A DNA stretch of 63,432 bases, filler included, from Asterionella formosa (Eukaryota): assembly GCA_002256025.1 (NCBI GenBank). It is 29 parts of 29 records of this genome, joined end to end, with 100 filler letters (N's around TTAATTAATTAA, not from the genome) between each part and the next. Parts side by side here need not be neighbours in the genome. Positions count along the whole stretch, not along the records: positions 62,410 to 63,432 come from NKIB01004898.1; 28 more parts are not named here. The stretch is one strand, 5' to 3'. The translations under genes and the position numbers were made by a program. Below, piece after piece: positions 62,310-63,432 of this stretch; position 1 is the first letter of the stretch; each line of letters starts with the position of its first letter. A model generated the notes under the pieces. It ran no database searches and was not told the DNA's origin. It worked only from the letters and a program-made list of their open reading frames with translations.

Positions 62310-63195
62310 NNNNNNNNNNNNNNNNNNNNNNNNNNNNNNNNNNNNNNNNNNNNTTAATTAATTAANNNNNNNNNNNNNNNNNNNNNNNNNNNNNNNNNNN
62401 NNNNNNNNNATTCCTCTTGACGGTGCTTATTTATTCTAAAAATGACTGAAGTCGCCCTTTCCATGGCCTTGTCTTGTCACGTGCTAGGATTAGTTAAGGA
62501 ACACAGCTTTTCGGCTATTCTAGGCCGAATCCGGTATGCTGCTCTCCCATATTGCCCCTAAATAAAACATTACTTAGAGATACCAAAATTACTTAGACAC
62601 CCACAGTTCTCATCGAAAAGCAAGATGATAGCTAGGGTGGGGATTGCCGGTATATTTATCGACGTACGCAAAATGCCGGTATACTGAGTTGAAGATGAGC
62701 GAAACTTATTGGGATGCATATAAGCAAGGAATCTCCTAAAAGGTAACGTAGCGGCAATGCAAACAGCGCGTTTGCGTTGGGATTTTCACTCCCGTTGGCA
62801 TCGCATTTTAGGGTTACAGTACAGCAACCGAAACACTGTTTGGTTGGCGTTTTTGTCCACTGTTATTATGGAACCAGCCTTAAGTACCAAACGCTTATTT
62901 TCTTTTTACTTAAGGACCAAATGGTTATTCATTCGTCATGAGCACAAGCCAAGCCTCCACGGAAGCGTGCCAGCCCATGCACGACGCGCTCTGGTTATAT
63001 TTAAAGCTCTGAATAATTAGTTAATAGCATTTGACCCCCCAAAACGATTATAAGCACGTTTTAAGGATGTCCCTGACCTTGGTACCAGTACCAGTACCGG
63101 TATTGTCGTTAGCTTTGTGCACAGTACTGGAGCACGAGTAAACTACTAGTGCTAGCTTCAACTACGGGTTTAACTGGGAGATTAATTTTTTACGA

Positions 63196-63415
63196 CTACG
63201 TTCCCGGTATACTAGCACAGCCACTGTGCGATACCCTGTACTGTCTTTCTCAAAATAAAGCCCGCAGCATTTATACTGCAGGATAATATCACCCTGGTCC
63301 CTGGTCTACGTTCCCGGTATACTAGCACAGCCACTGTGCGATACCCTGTACTGTCTTTCTCAAAATAAAGCCCACAGCATTTATACTGCAGGATAATATC
63401 ACCCTGGTCCCAGGT
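63196..63415 (+). repeat. 110-bp tandem duplication
   Basis: Units start at 63196 and 63306; 2 mismatches. Confidence 0.95.
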
Positions 63416-63432
63416 ACCAGGTACCTCGTTTG

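Overview
This window is not contiguous DNA. It is 29 assembly contigs joined by an artificial 100-bp linker (N44-TTAATTAATTAA-N44): two 16,480-bp contigs (1127-17606 and 27840-44319) and 27 contigs of 1,023-1,026 bp. Adjacency across a linker therefore carries no meaning. The host appears to be a diatom, based on short GT-AG introns, bipartite 'AF'-type plastid presequences and CoDi-type Ty1/copia elements. Host genes that could be reconstructed: MBOAT/wax-synthase-like acyltransferase, DnaJ + DnaJ-X protein, DUF1289 protein, plastid DoxX-like membrane protein, ALG2, an unknown TM/coiled-coil protein, TylF-type O-methyltransferase, Ser/Thr kinase, Alba-domain protein and FAM151/menorin-like protein, plus partial CDPK, histidine-phosphatase (two copies), ankyrin and secreted-protein genes. 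One GC-rich contig is bacterial (HerA-like ATPase). The rest is a diverse transposon collection: copia, gypsy, LINE, Harbinger, pogo, Plavaka/CMC-like, Crypton-like, solo LTRs and MITE-like remnants. The most notable signals that the ORF track does not explain are: (1) an unclassified DNA-transposon family with CATCTAAG-CGCG termini, two identical inverted copies of which bracket a whole 16-kb gene block; (2) dispersed, clustered tRNA(Ala)-like Pol III cassettes with shortened anticodon arms, embedded in larger repeats; (3) a TACC(W)GGTA/GGTACC palindromic motif strongly clustered upstream of genes and next to LTR insertion sites; (4) a Crypton-like tyrosine-recombinase fragment with lox-like palindromes upstream. 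All family assignments come from motif recognition by eye, not from database searches.
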